A DNA stretch of 64,000 nucleotides. Source: an uncultured Bdellovibrionales bacterium. Its GTDB lineage: Bacteria > Patescibacteriota > Minisyncoccia > Moranbacterales > UBA1568. The notes under the pieces were generated by a model, which made no database searches, was not told the DNA's origin, and saw only the letters and a list, made by a program, of their open reading frames with translations. The DNA lies in the NCBI GenBank assembly GCA_964579335.1, contig CAZOFS010000002.1, forward strand, positions 9,581 through 73,580, in the 5' to 3' direction. This document shows positions 36,631-45,970 of this stretch, in pieces (the first letter of the stretch is position 1; each line of letters begins with the position of its first letter). The position numbers were made by a program, and so were the translations under genes.

Positions 36631-39279
36631 TTATTTCCCATGGCATTTTTTATACTTCTTGCCAGATCCGCATGGACAAGGATCATTGCGGCCGATTGAT
36701 GCCGTGTTGTGAATCGGGGCCTGGACTTCCCGTGCATTGCCTTTATCGCCCATCATTTGTCGCATGTCACCGCTAAACTGTTCAATATTTTCTGAGGCAC
36801 CTTTGAATTCAAGTGCGCGCGGCACCGAAGACGTCACCGTCGGCTGAGCGGGAGTGAGTTTCATGAGTGAGACGAGATAGGTCTTCCGTACCGTGTCCAA
36901 AAGTCCTTGAAAGAGATCGTAGGCCTCACGTTTGTATTCGATGAGTGGGTCACGCTGACCATATCCCCGGAGACCAATCCCCTGGCGCAGATAATCGATC
37001 TCGTCGAGATGATTCATCCACAGCGTATCGAGCGACTGGAGGAGGAGCATACGCTGGAGGTTGTTCCAGGTCTCGGCTCCGATGAGAGTCTCTTTGGCGC
37101 TATACACACGCTTGGCCTCACCGATGAGGTACTCGGTAATGGTGGTTTTCTTTTCAGCTTCCGTTTTGGAGCGATCATCATGGATAGCTTCAAGTTTGGT
37201 CATAGCTTCCTTCTCAGAAAGCTCGGGGAAAAGAGTATTGGCTTCGGCCACGATTTCTTTGATCTGCCACTCACCTTCCTCGCCTACCGCATGAAACCCG
37301 ACGACTCGTTCAAATTCATCTCGGAAAAGTTCCAGCGTGGTATCACGAGTATCAGTCATGGTAAGCCAGGCGAAACGCTTTTTGTAGACCACTTCACGCT
37401 GCTTATTCATCACGTCGTCATAGTCGAGCACATGTTTGCGGAGATCGAAGTTGTAACCCTCGATTTTGGATTGGGCACTCTCGATGGTTTTCGAGACCAG
37501 GCCGTTTTCGATCGGCTCGTCTTCAGGGAGGCCGAGTTTATTCATAATATTCTGCAGCCGATCCCCGCCGAAGCGCCGCATGAGTTCATCTTCAAGTGAC
37601 ACGTAGAACTGCGATGCTCCCGGGTCACCCTGGCGCCCAGCCCGACCACGCAACTGATTGTCGATACGTCTAGCTTCATGTCGCTCGGTACCGATGATCA
37701 CCAGTCCACCGAGCTCCTTCACACCCTCACCGAGCTTAATATCGGTCCCACGACCGGCCATATTGGTCGCGATCGTCACAGCATCGCGCTGGCCAGCATT
37801 CTTGATAATCTGCGCTTCACGCTCGTGATTCTTGGCATTGAGCACTTCATGCGGGACACCCGCTTGCGTGAGGAGGGTCGAGAGATACTCGGACTTTTCG
37901 ATAGCGATGGTACCGATGAGGACCGGCTGCCCCGTGGAATGAATCTCTTTAACCCGCTCGACAATAGCTCGGAATTTACCGGCTTCGTTTTTGTACACCA
38001 CATCTGGAGCATCGCGTCGTACCAGAGGCCGATGAGTGGGAATTTCAGTCACATCGATTTCATATACCTTGGCAAATTCCTCAGCTGAAGTAGAAGCTGT
38101 ACCGGTCATCCCAGCGAGCTTGTCGTAAATACGAAAATAGTTTTGGAAGGTGATCGTAGCCAAAGTACGCGACTCCCGCTGCACCGCGACACCTTCCTTA
38201 GCTTCGATGGCTTGGTGGAGACCATCGCTGTAACGCCGGCCTGGCATGAGACGCCCAGTAAAGTCATCAACGATAATTACTTCACCATCCTTGACGACAT
38301 AGTCGCGGTCACGATTGAAAATGATATGTGCTTTGAGCGATTGCTCGAGGTGATGGACATACTGCACATTGCCACTGGCATACATATCCCCCATCCCAAG
38401 GAGCTTCTCCACATGTTCGATACCTGCATCAGTCAGCGTCACTACCTTCATCTTTTCATCCACGGCATAGTCGGTCTCCGCTTGAAGGCGTGGGATAATG
38501 CTGGCAAAGCGTTCATAGAGTTTGGTGGATTCGGTATCGGGCGCCGAGATAATAAGCGGGGTCCGTGCTTCATCGATGAGGATCGAGTCAACTTCATCGA
38601 CGATGGCAAAGTGAAGCTCACGCTGCACTCGGTCCTCGAGCCGCGCCACCATATTGTCTCGGAGATAATCAAAGCCAAATTCATTGTTGGTTCCGTAGGT
38701 GATATCGGAGGCATAGGCCTCACGTCGCGAAACGGGCTCGAGGTTTTCCATCTCGACTGTGACGGCATCGGTATCGGCCACTTTGGGCACATAGCGGTAC
38801 GAAGCGCCCTGCCCCAGGATGCAGCCGGTTGAGAGTCCGAGGAAGTGATACACCTGACCCATCCAACTCGCATCACGTTTGGCGAGGTAATCATTGACGG
38901 TCACCACATGCACCCCCTTCCCCGAGAGGGCATTGAGGTAAATAGGCAAGGTCGAGGTCAAAGTCTTACCTTCACCGGTTTTCATTTCAGCAATTTTCCC
39001 GGAGTGGAGCACCATCCCACCAATCATCTGTACATCGTAGTGGCGCTCACCAATCACACGTTTGGCTGCCTCCCTGACTACCGCAAAGGCCTCGGGCAAG
39101 AGCTCATCGAGGGTTACACCCTGTTTGAGCCGCTCACGGAATTCTACCGTCTTCGCTGCAAGCGCCTCGTCGGAAAGGGCCTGAAGTACCGACTCAAAAG
39201 CAGCGATCTCGGGTAAACGTGGTCTCAATTTATCGATTTCCCGCTCATTGGAGCCAAACAGTTTCTGAAGAAAGTTCAT
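36631..39279 (-). CDS. secA: Preprotein translocase ATPase SecA
   Basis: 'MNFLQKLFG' N-terminus, Walker A 'KTGEGKTL', C-terminal Zn motif 'CPCGSGKKYKKCHG'. Start at the ATG at 39279. Confidence 0.95.
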   Translation of the reverse strand: MNFLQKLFGSNEREIDKLRPRLPEIAAFESVLQALSDEALAAKTVEFRERLKQGVTLDELLPEAFAVVREAAKRVIGERHYDVQMIGGMVLHSGKIAEMKTGEGKTLTSTLPIYLNALSGKGVHVVTVNDYLAKRDASWMGQVYHFLGLSTGCILGQGASYRYVPKVADTDAVTVEMENLEPVSRREAYASDITYGTNNEFGFDYLRDNMVARLEDRVQRELHFAIVDEVDSILIDEARTPLIISAPDTESTKLYERFASIIPRLQAETDYAVDEKMKVVTLTDAGIEHVEKLLGMGDMYASGNVQYVHHLEQSLKAHIIFNRDRDYVVKDGEVIIVDDFTGRLMPGRRYSDGLHQAIEAKEGVAVQRESRTLATITFQNYFRIYDKLAGMTGTASTSAEEFAKVYEIDVTEIPTHRPLVRRDAPDVVYKNEAGKFRAIVERVKEIHSTGQPVLIGTIAIEKSEYLSTLLTQAGVPHEVLNAKNHEREAQIIKNAGQRDAVTIATNMAGRGTDIKLGEGVKELGGLVIIGTERHEARRIDNQLRGRAGRQGDPGASQFYVSLEDELMRRFGGDRLQNIMNKLGLPEDEPIENGLVSKTIESAQSKIEGYNFDLRKHVLDYDDVMNKQREVVYKKRFAWLTMTDTRDTTLELFRDEFERVVGFHAVGEEGEWQIKEIVAEANTLFPELSEKEAMTKLEAIHDDRSKTEAEKKTTITEYLIGEAKRVYSAKETLIGAETWNNLQRMLLLQSLDTLWMNHLDEIDYLRQGIGLRGYGQRDPLIEYKREAYDLFQGLLDTVRKTYLVSLMKLTPAQPTVTSSVPRALEFKGASENIEQFSGDMRQMMGDKGNAREVQAPIHNTASIGRNDPCPCGSGKKYKKCHGK

Positions 39280-39410
39280 AATAAAAATTGAAGAAAAAGC
39301 TTTTTTCAAGCCATAAAAGTCCACTTTAGGGTAGCAAAAAATGAGACTTCCGTAAAGGAAGCTCATCTTTGGGTTATACCGCATTCTTCATTCCAAGTTT
39401 TCTCTTCTTT

Positions 39411-39758
39411 CTAGAACCTCGCGGCTTGGTCGAGGACAACTTTCTTCTTGATACTACGCTGACCGCGACGCTTGAGGTCACGACTCTTGGTTTTGTTTTT
39501 GGCGAGTTGAGCTTCAAGCTCATCAACCGCGATATCGAGTGAGCCCTCGACACTGACCGACGTTTCCTCAGCCCGATAGAGATTATGCGGGGTTTTAATC
39601 ATCACTTCCACCCGGAACTTCCCTTTTTTGTCTTTGGTAACTTCTACTTCGAAGCGACTGACTGGATCTACGAGTTTGGCTAGTCGTTTCAAACGTTTGT
39701 CGATATAGTCACTGGTACGATCATCGAGCTCGAGTCCCTTCGTCAGATAGCGGGTCAT
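39411..39758 (-). CDS. hpf: Ribosome hibernation promoting factor / RaiA (short form)
   Basis: 115 aa. Beta-alpha-beta-beta-beta-alpha pattern '..LDIAVDELEAQLAKNKTK' with a basic tail. Confidence 0.7.
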   Translation of the reverse strand: MTRYLTKGLELDDRTSDYIDKRLKRLAKLVDPVSRFEVEVTKDKKGKFRVEVMIKTPHNLYRAEETSVSVEGSLDIAVDELEAQLAKNKTKSRDLKRRGQRSIKKKVVLDQAARF

Positions 39759-39812
39759 ACGCGTTATGCCTTACGTATTACCCTACTATTCTAACACGAG
39801 ACATTCCTCGCC

Positions 39813-40016
39813 CTACAATAAACCCTGATAAGCTTCTCCGAGACCAGAGAGAAGGAATGGAAGGATAATCATAGCAGCAATGATCGGTAAAAGCACCAGC
39901 CCTAGTTGAGCTACTAAACCCCAGAAGAGGTACCGCTGCACTTTCTCAACACCCATTTCTACTCGTGCCAAGCGCTCATCAAATTGTTTGAGTTGATTTT
40001 CAGTCAGTGTTTCCAT
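39813..40016 (-). CDS. hypothetical single-TM microprotein (67 aa)
   Basis: Hydrophobic C-terminal helix 'LVLLPIIAAMIILPFLL'. Confidence 0.4.
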   Translation of the reverse strand: METLTENQLKQFDERLARVEMGVEKVQRYLFWGLVAQLGLVLLPIIAAMIILPFLLSGLGEAYQGLL

Positions 40017-40099
40017 ATATAACTAGTATACCCTAGTTTTACGTAAAAAAATCGAGCGGGGTCCAAAGTTTCTGGATCCCGCCAAAGACACTGTAGCCC

Positions 40100-40366
40100 T
40101 CACTCGGTTGGCTGACGTTCTACTGGTTGGAGACCATCGAGCTGAACAGGGGGGCTCGAACCGTCCTCTAACAACCTTTGAGTATCCCAAACCGTCCCAG
40201 AGGTAACGAGCTGCATATCCCACGCCGCATCAGCTGGTATGAGCTGGATTGCCATTGCCATCCCTTGGCAGGCTTCAGAACAGTAGGTACCCCAGTGCCA
40301 TTGTTGTGGCTCTATCCCCTTCAGGAAGACAGAGCAACCAATTCGTTCGCAACGAAAGTCACTCAT
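40100..40366 (-). CDS. hypothetical Cys4 zinc-ribbon-like protein (88 aa)
   Basis: 'FRCERIGC...(17 aa)...CSEAC'. Confidence 0.4.
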   Translation of the reverse strand: MSDFRCERIGCSVFLKGIEPQQWHWGTYCSEACQGMAMAIQLIPADAAWDMQLVTSGTVWDTQRLLEDGSSPPVQLDGLQPVERQPTE

Positions 40367-40448
40367 GACGTCTCCTGTGATAGGGTCATATCTTCAGTCT
40401 ACTCTCTCTATCAAAAGAAAAAATATTTTTGTCAAATTGGAAATCCAC

Positions 40449-41378
40449 TTAGAAACCAACGAGCTGCACTTCTTCTCGAAGCTCCACTCCGAGCTCGGTG
40501 CGGACCCGTTGCTTCACGAGCGACGCAAGCATAATCACATCTTCAGCGGTGGCATGACCAGTATTCACAAAATAGTTTGGGTGCTGGGAACTGACCTGAG
40601 CTCCTCCAATTTTCTTACCCCGAAGACCCACATGATCGATGAGCCAGCCAGCCGGAAGTTTACCGTCTTTGGATGGCACTCCAATATCTTTTTGAAATTC
40701 TACATGGAGCTTCTCATCTTTGACCACAGGATTCATGAAAAATGACCCTGCGCACTGGGCCGTTTGCGGGTGTTTGGCCTCCCGCTTAGCAATAGTGTCG
40801 TGATTAATCTGTGCCAGCTCTTCCTGATCGCCAGGCTTGAGTGAGAGCTCAGCTGAGAGGATAACTATCTCTGGGTGAAGTTTGAAATAACTTGAACGGT
40901 ACGTAAATTCACACTGGGATTGAGCAAAATCACGCAGACGACTTTCTTTTCGATCGTAGATTTTGACACTCTTAACCACATCACCAATCTCCATCCCAAA
41001 GGCCCCAGCATTGCCACGAATAGCTCCACCGAGTGAGCCCGGTATCCCTGCCAGACGCTCCATACCAGCAAGACTGTGCTTTGTCGCGAGTTCTACGACC
41101 GAGAGAAGTTTGGCCCCAGCGTCAGCCAAGATAGTTGACTGATGTGCCCGAGCACTTTCATTCCTGAGGTGAATCACAAGCCCAGACACGCCCTTGTCAG
41201 CAATGAGGAGATTGCTCCCACCAGCCAATACAAACACTCGCAACTGGTTCTTTTCAGCATAATCGAGAGCTTCATTCAATTCTCCGATAGTGGAGACAGC
41301 GACATAAAACTCAGCTGGACCACCAATCTTAAAAGTAGTGAGGGGCGCTAACGGTACATGTGGTTTAATCGTAAGCAT
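40449..41378 (-). CDS. murB: UDP-N-acetylenolpyruvoylglucosamine reductase
   Basis: 'LTTFKIGGPAEFYV' FAD-binding N-terminus, 309 aa. Confidence 0.9.
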   Translation of the reverse strand: MLTIKPHVPLAPLTTFKIGGPAEFYVAVSTIGELNEALDYAEKNQLRVFVLAGGSNLLIADKGVSGLVIHLRNESARAHQSTILADAGAKLLSVVELATKHSLAGMERLAGIPGSLGGAIRGNAGAFGMEIGDVVKSVKIYDRKESRLRDFAQSQCEFTYRSSYFKLHPEIVILSAELSLKPGDQEELAQINHDTIAKREAKHPQTAQCAGSFFMNPVVKDEKLHVEFQKDIGVPSKDGKLPAGWLIDHVGLRGKKIGGAQVSSQHPNYFVNTGHATAEDVIMLASLVKQRVRTELGVELREEVQLVGF

Positions 41379-41386
41379 AGAAGTAT

Positions 41387-42799
41387 TTATGTTGACGAGG
41401 AATGAACAAGGGTTTCAGCTACCTGCCACACATCTCCAGCACCCATAGTGACAACGAGATCTCGCGGACCGAGTTCCTGATGTAGAGTTTTGATAAGCTC
41501 GGATCGATTAGGAGTATAGAAAGCTTTGCCTGGGTACACCTGATTGATGCGTTCCACCAGATCGCTACTCATAACTCCGCCCTGGGTTTCCCGGGCACTC
41601 CCATAGATATCAAGAAGGTAGACTTGATCGGCTGCACTAAGTGTCTCAGCAAAGCCAGGGAGTAAAGCTTTGGTCCGAGTGTAGGTATGTAGATGAAAGA
41701 TAACCTTGAGTAAACGGTTGGGGTAGAGCTCTCGAAAGGCAGTGAGGGTCACTCTAATTTCATCGGGATGATGAGCATAATCATCAAAAATGAGAGCCCC
41801 CTGATATTCACCGATCAATTCGAAACGGCGCTTGGTACCGGCAAAGAGCTCCAAACTGTGAGCAAGTGACTCAAACGGGAGCTTGAGCGAGAGCGCGAGG
41901 GCTATCACAGCTCCAGCATTTTCGGCATTGTGCTTCCCAGCGAGTCTAAGTGTAAAGGGACCTAGGCGTTTTCCTTGGTGTTCAACTGAGAAACGCTGAC
42001 GCAAGCCCTGCTTTCCTTCGGGACTTTCCGGATCTATCACGCTTATATCCACCACCCGTACATCATTGCCCTCGAGTAGGCCATAGAACACTTTCGCGCT
42101 GGGGCAATGCTCGGCCACCACTCGCACCCGCGCATCATCACCATTGGCAATGAGGACGCCATGTCGTGGGATACGGGCTACAAACCGTTCAAACACGGCT
42201 TCATACTCGGTTACCGTAGGAAAGAAGTCCGGATGGTCCCACGCCACGCTAGTCAAAACCACCGCCAAGGGATGGTAGTAGCGCAATTTATCCTGATATT
42301 CATCAGCTTCGATCACGAGGTATTGTCCGTCACCAGCAAGCGCTCCACCACCCCAGCGTTTGATCTCACTCCCCACGATAGCTGACGGTGCGAGCTCCAT
42401 ACCTTGAAGTACATCCGCGAGGAGAGCTGTAGTAGTAGTCTTCCCATGTGTACCACAGACAGCGATGGTTAGCTTGTTTTGTGTGAGAAGCCCCAGAGCC
42501 TCAGGGTAAGAAAAAATTGGTTTCCCAGTTGCAAAGGCAAGCCGCAGTTCTTCATTGTTGTCCTGAGTATAAGCAGTAGAGTAGATAAAAGCCGTCGCAC
42601 CTTCTGGAACATTGGTCGCCGCAAAAGGTTGATACACCGTGATACCTAACCGCTTGAGCACGGCATCAGTATAAAACACTTCTTCCGTATCTGACCCAGA
42701 CACCACCACTCCATGGCGCATGAGAAGTTCAGCGAGCGCGGTCATGCCAGCACCCTTGATTCCAATGAGATACACTGCTTTGGCTGCTAAAAGATTCAT
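41387..42799 (-). CDS. murC: UDP-N-acetylmuramate--L-alanine ligase
   Basis: 'IGIKGAGMTALAELL', 'GTHGKTTTTAL' P-loop, 470 aa. Confidence 0.9.
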   Translation of the reverse strand: MNLLAAKAVYLIGIKGAGMTALAELLMRHGVVVSGSDTEEVFYTDAVLKRLGITVYQPFAATNVPEGATAFIYSTAYTQDNNEELRLAFATGKPIFSYPEALGLLTQNKLTIAVCGTHGKTTTTALLADVLQGMELAPSAIVGSEIKRWGGGALAGDGQYLVIEADEYQDKLRYYHPLAVVLTSVAWDHPDFFPTVTEYEAVFERFVARIPRHGVLIANGDDARVRVVAEHCPSAKVFYGLLEGNDVRVVDISVIDPESPEGKQGLRQRFSVEHQGKRLGPFTLRLAGKHNAENAGAVIALALSLKLPFESLAHSLELFAGTKRRFELIGEYQGALIFDDYAHHPDEIRVTLTAFRELYPNRLLKVIFHLHTYTRTKALLPGFAETLSAADQVYLLDIYGSARETQGGVMSSDLVERINQVYPGKAFYTPNRSELIKTLHQELGPRDLVVTMGAGDVWQVAETLVHSSST

Positions 42800-42811
42800 G
42801 TGAGAGTGTAA

Positions 42812-43924
42812 CTAATACAAAGAAATGAGACCCTCTGCAATCAGTCGAGCTGCTTCAGGATGATAGAACCGATGGATACCAGCGCTCATAGCCTGACGCT
42901 TGGCTTCATCATTGAGGAGCTCGAGAATTTTGGCCGTGAAGAGATGCTCGCCCACATTGGCTTCCTCGATCACAATCGCTCCACCCGTACTCGCCACTTC
43001 ATAGGCATTGAGACGCTGCTCATCATTGGCCGCCGTTGGGAGTGGGACGAGGATGGTTGGCTTTTTGGTCGCTGCGAGCTCGGTGATACTCCCTGCTCCC
43101 GCCCGCGAAATGACAAGGGTCGCCGCGGCATAGGCTACCCCCATTTCAGTAGCATTGAGAAAAGCGACTGGGCGATAGGTCGTGGTAGCCGCCGTAATTC
43201 CTACTTCCTCCGCCAAACGAATTACCTCTTCGGTGTTTTCTTGTCCGACGAGATGGAGCACTTGCACTCCTTGCTCCAGAAGCTCAGGGAGCATCTTGAT
43301 AATGATTCGGTTAAGCGCTCGAGCACCGAGACTGCCGCCCATGACTACTACGATTGGTTTACTGAGATCAAACCCAAACAGTGTCGGAGCTTGACTCGCG
43401 TCACCAGTGAGGATCTCGCCTCGCACAGGGTTGCCGGTGAGCATCACTTTTTCAGATGGGAAAAACTGACGAGCATGCTCATAGGCGATAGCGATTCGCT
43501 TGGCAAAACGCGCCACCCAACGGTTGGCTCGGCCTGCGACCGCGTCAGAATCATGGAGAAGGATGGGGATACGATACACCCAAGCTGCTATGGCGATAGG
43601 TACCGAAGCGGCTCCACCCTTGGAAAAAATCACATCGGGCATAAACCAGAGGAGATGCCAGAGGGCTTGGAGGCACGCAATGGGAAATTTGAAGATATCA
43701 ATGTAGTTGAGCAGCGAAAAGTAGCGGCGCCACTTGGCCGTCAAGAGATACTTAGCCCGAATACCTTCAGAATGCATGGCACTTTCCTCAAAAGGACCGC
43801 GCGAACCAAGGAATAGGAAATCTACGTCGCCCTCAGTGAGAGAACGTACCTCTCGAGCCACAGCAATAAGAGGAAAAGTATGTCCTCCCGACAGTCCACC
43901 AGTAAGTACTATACGTTTGGCCAT
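42812..43924 (-). CDS. murG: Undecaprenyldiphospho-muramoylpentapeptide beta-N-acetylglucosaminyltransferase
   Basis: 'GGLSGGHTFPLIAVA' N-terminal G-loop, 370 aa. Confidence 0.9.
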   Translation of the reverse strand: MAKRIVLTGGLSGGHTFPLIAVAREVRSLTEGDVDFLFLGSRGPFEESAMHSEGIRAKYLLTAKWRRYFSLLNYIDIFKFPIACLQALWHLLWFMPDVIFSKGGAASVPIAIAAWVYRIPILLHDSDAVAGRANRWVARFAKRIAIAYEHARQFFPSEKVMLTGNPVRGEILTGDASQAPTLFGFDLSKPIVVVMGGSLGARALNRIIIKMLPELLEQGVQVLHLVGQENTEEVIRLAEEVGITAATTTYRPVAFLNATEMGVAYAAATLVISRAGAGSITELAATKKPTILVPLPTAANDEQRLNAYEVASTGGAIVIEEANVGEHLFTAKILELLNDEAKRQAMSAGIHRFYHPEAARLIAEGLISLY

Positions 43925-43990
43925 AGAAACAATCAGTAGTTAACAATAAGTGGGCTATAGATATCTAGCCTCTCATCTCCACACCTTCGC

Positions 43991-45112
43991 CTACTTCAGT
44001 GTAGAGTGCCGTGACACGTTGAGCAAGATGCCCACTGAAGCCATGAGAATCGCAAGTGATGTCCCTCCGAAACTGATAAATGGGAGTGTAATACCAGTAA
44101 GTGGAATGAGACCAGAAATAGCTGAAATATTGATAAAAGCTTGGCAAACTACCCAAGCAGTGATGCCGGTTGCTAGGAGCTTCCCAAAGAGATCTGGTGC
44201 TCCCCGAGCAATACGCATCCCTCGCCATAAGAAGAGCACAAAGAGTGAGAGGACAATCGTCACTCCCAAAAGTCCCGTTTCTTCCGACAATACGGCGAAA
44301 ATAGAGTCAGTGACTGGCTCTGGGAGATAATTAAACTTTTGCCGACTATGCCCGAGCCCAACACCAAAGAGCCCCCCTGACCCGATAGCGAGGAGCGCCT
44401 GAGTCATTTGATAGCCTGCTCCGAGTGGGTCATGCTCTGGATTGAGGAACACGAGGAAACGTTGCATCCGGTACGGCGCAATTTTGATGAGAAGCGCCAG
44501 GAAAGCCAGTGCCCCAAGCACCAGTCCAAAGAGATGCATCAGACTGGCACCGGAAACAAAGAATATAGCCAGCGCGACGCAAAAGATGAGTCCAAGGGTT
44601 CCAGTGTCAGGCTGCTTGATAATGAGAAACCCGACTACCATGAGAATCATGAGGAACGGAAGAAATCCTTCATAGAAATCCTTGGCATGCCGCTCTCCTC
44701 GCCGTGAGAGCCAGGCTGCCAGATAGAGAATAATGGAGAGCTTCATCACTTCTGATGGCTGGAAAGAAACAAGCCCAAAGTCAACCCAGCGAGCTGCTCC
44801 ATATACCGTCGTCCCAAAACCAGGGATGAAGACAAGAATAAGGAGCCCGATAGCCGTAAGGAAAATGGGTATAACAAACTTTTGCCAGAGGGTGTACGGG
44901 ATCCGCTCACAAATAAGGAGGAGAATAGTCCCTACTCCCAATCCAATCAATTGTTCTTTGAAAAAGTAATACGGATCATCAAAGCGTACATTGCCATACG
45001 ATACTCCAGCTGAAGCAATCATCGTGAGACCAATTCCCAATAAGAGAAACAAGACCAGCTTGAGCACTCGATCACTTTCGCCCTTAGTTTTGAATAGACC
45101 AGCCAATCCCAT
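43991..45112 (-). CDS. ftsW: SEDS-family peptidoglycan glycosyltransferase (FtsW/RodA)
   Basis: 10-TM topology, conserved 'PEPVTDSIFAVLSEE' loop, 373 aa, lies in the mur cluster. Confidence 0.8.
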   Translation of the reverse strand: MGLAGLFKTKGESDRVLKLVLFLLLGIGLTMIASAGVSYGNVRFDDPYYFFKEQLIGLGVGTILLLICERIPYTLWQKFVIPIFLTAIGLLILVFIPGFGTTVYGAARWVDFGLVSFQPSEVMKLSIILYLAAWLSRRGERHAKDFYEGFLPFLMILMVVGFLIIKQPDTGTLGLIFCVALAIFFVSGASLMHLFGLVLGALAFLALLIKIAPYRMQRFLVFLNPEHDPLGAGYQMTQALLAIGSGGLFGVGLGHSRQKFNYLPEPVTDSIFAVLSEETGLLGVTIVLSLFVLFLWRGMRIARGAPDLFGKLLATGITAWVVCQAFINISAISGLIPLTGITLPFISFGGTSLAILMASVGILLNVSRHSTLK

Positions 45113-45123
45113 GGTATTGCATT

Positions 45124-45792
45124 TTAGTGAGTGTTCGTGTCAGTTTTGGATTGGCGCCAAGCTTCGATCAGAGCGTGGTGGCCCGAAAGAAGCACCGGGG
45201 GTACGGCCCAGTCTTTATAAACTTCTGGCTTGGTGTACTGAGGATACTCGCGGGTCACTCCATCACTAAATGATTCGGTAAGTGCACTCGTAACATTGCC
45301 CAGGACTCCAGGAACGAGTCGCGCTACAGCATCCACCACCATCATAGCTGGGAGTTCCCCGCCAGTGAGGACAAAGTCCCCGATCGAGAGTTCTTCATCG
45401 ACCAAGTGCTCAGCTACCCGCTCATCCACGCCCTCATAGCGCCCACAGAGGAGGATAAGACGATCATATTCAGTCAAACGGCGCGCATCGGCCTGAACAA
45501 ACCGCTTTCCTTTGGCTGAGAGGAGAATCACCCTGGTCCGTTCATCTTTGCTTTTTGATGTTTGATTTTTAATTTCCTCGAGGGCTCGATCAAATGGTTC
45601 TACCTTCATCACCATCCCTGCTCCACCGCCATAAGGCGTATCGTCAGTTGTATGGTGTTTATCAGTCGTCCAATCTCTAAGTTGATGGAGATGAATTTCA
45701 ATTTTTTGTTCAGCAATGGCCCGCTTCAAAATCGAAGCTTCTATGTAGCTCTTAAGACTCTCTGGAAAAATAGAAATGATATCAAACCGCAT
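45124..45792 (-). CDS. trmD: tRNA (guanine37-N1)-methyltransferase
   Basis: 'MRFDIISIFPE', 'DDTPYGGGAGMVMK', 222 aa. Confidence 0.9.
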   Translation of the reverse strand: MRFDIISIFPESLKSYIEASILKRAIAEQKIEIHLHQLRDWTTDKHHTTDDTPYGGGAGMVMKVEPFDRALEEIKNQTSKSKDERTRVILLSAKGKRFVQADARRLTEYDRLILLCGRYEGVDERVAEHLVDEELSIGDFVLTGGELPAMMVVDAVARLVPGVLGNVTSALTESFSDGVTREYPQYTKPEVYKDWAVPPVLLSGHHALIEAWRQSKTDTNTH

Positions 45793-45970
45793 ACAATAAC
45801 CTACAATGGATAACCCATCACCAATAGCGAATGTACAAACAAAACACGAGCTCTATCACCCGAGAGAGCTTTCCCCTATTTTAACACGTTTTGGCTTTAA
45901 AAAGCTTAGCCCAAGAGGAGAAAGGGCGATCGGGCACACTCGAACGCCTCCCTCTCCTTTTGGGCCAAAA

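Noticed and set aside
45793-45970. 178-bp gap between trmD and the DUF4012 gene, considered as a small RNA (6S, tmRNA or SRP RNA)
   Set aside because: Only short imperfect stems were found (GCTCT...AGAGC, GGAGAAAGGG...CCCTCTCC). No recognisable conserved RNA motif could be confirmed by eye. A covariance-model search (Infernal/Rfam) would be needed.
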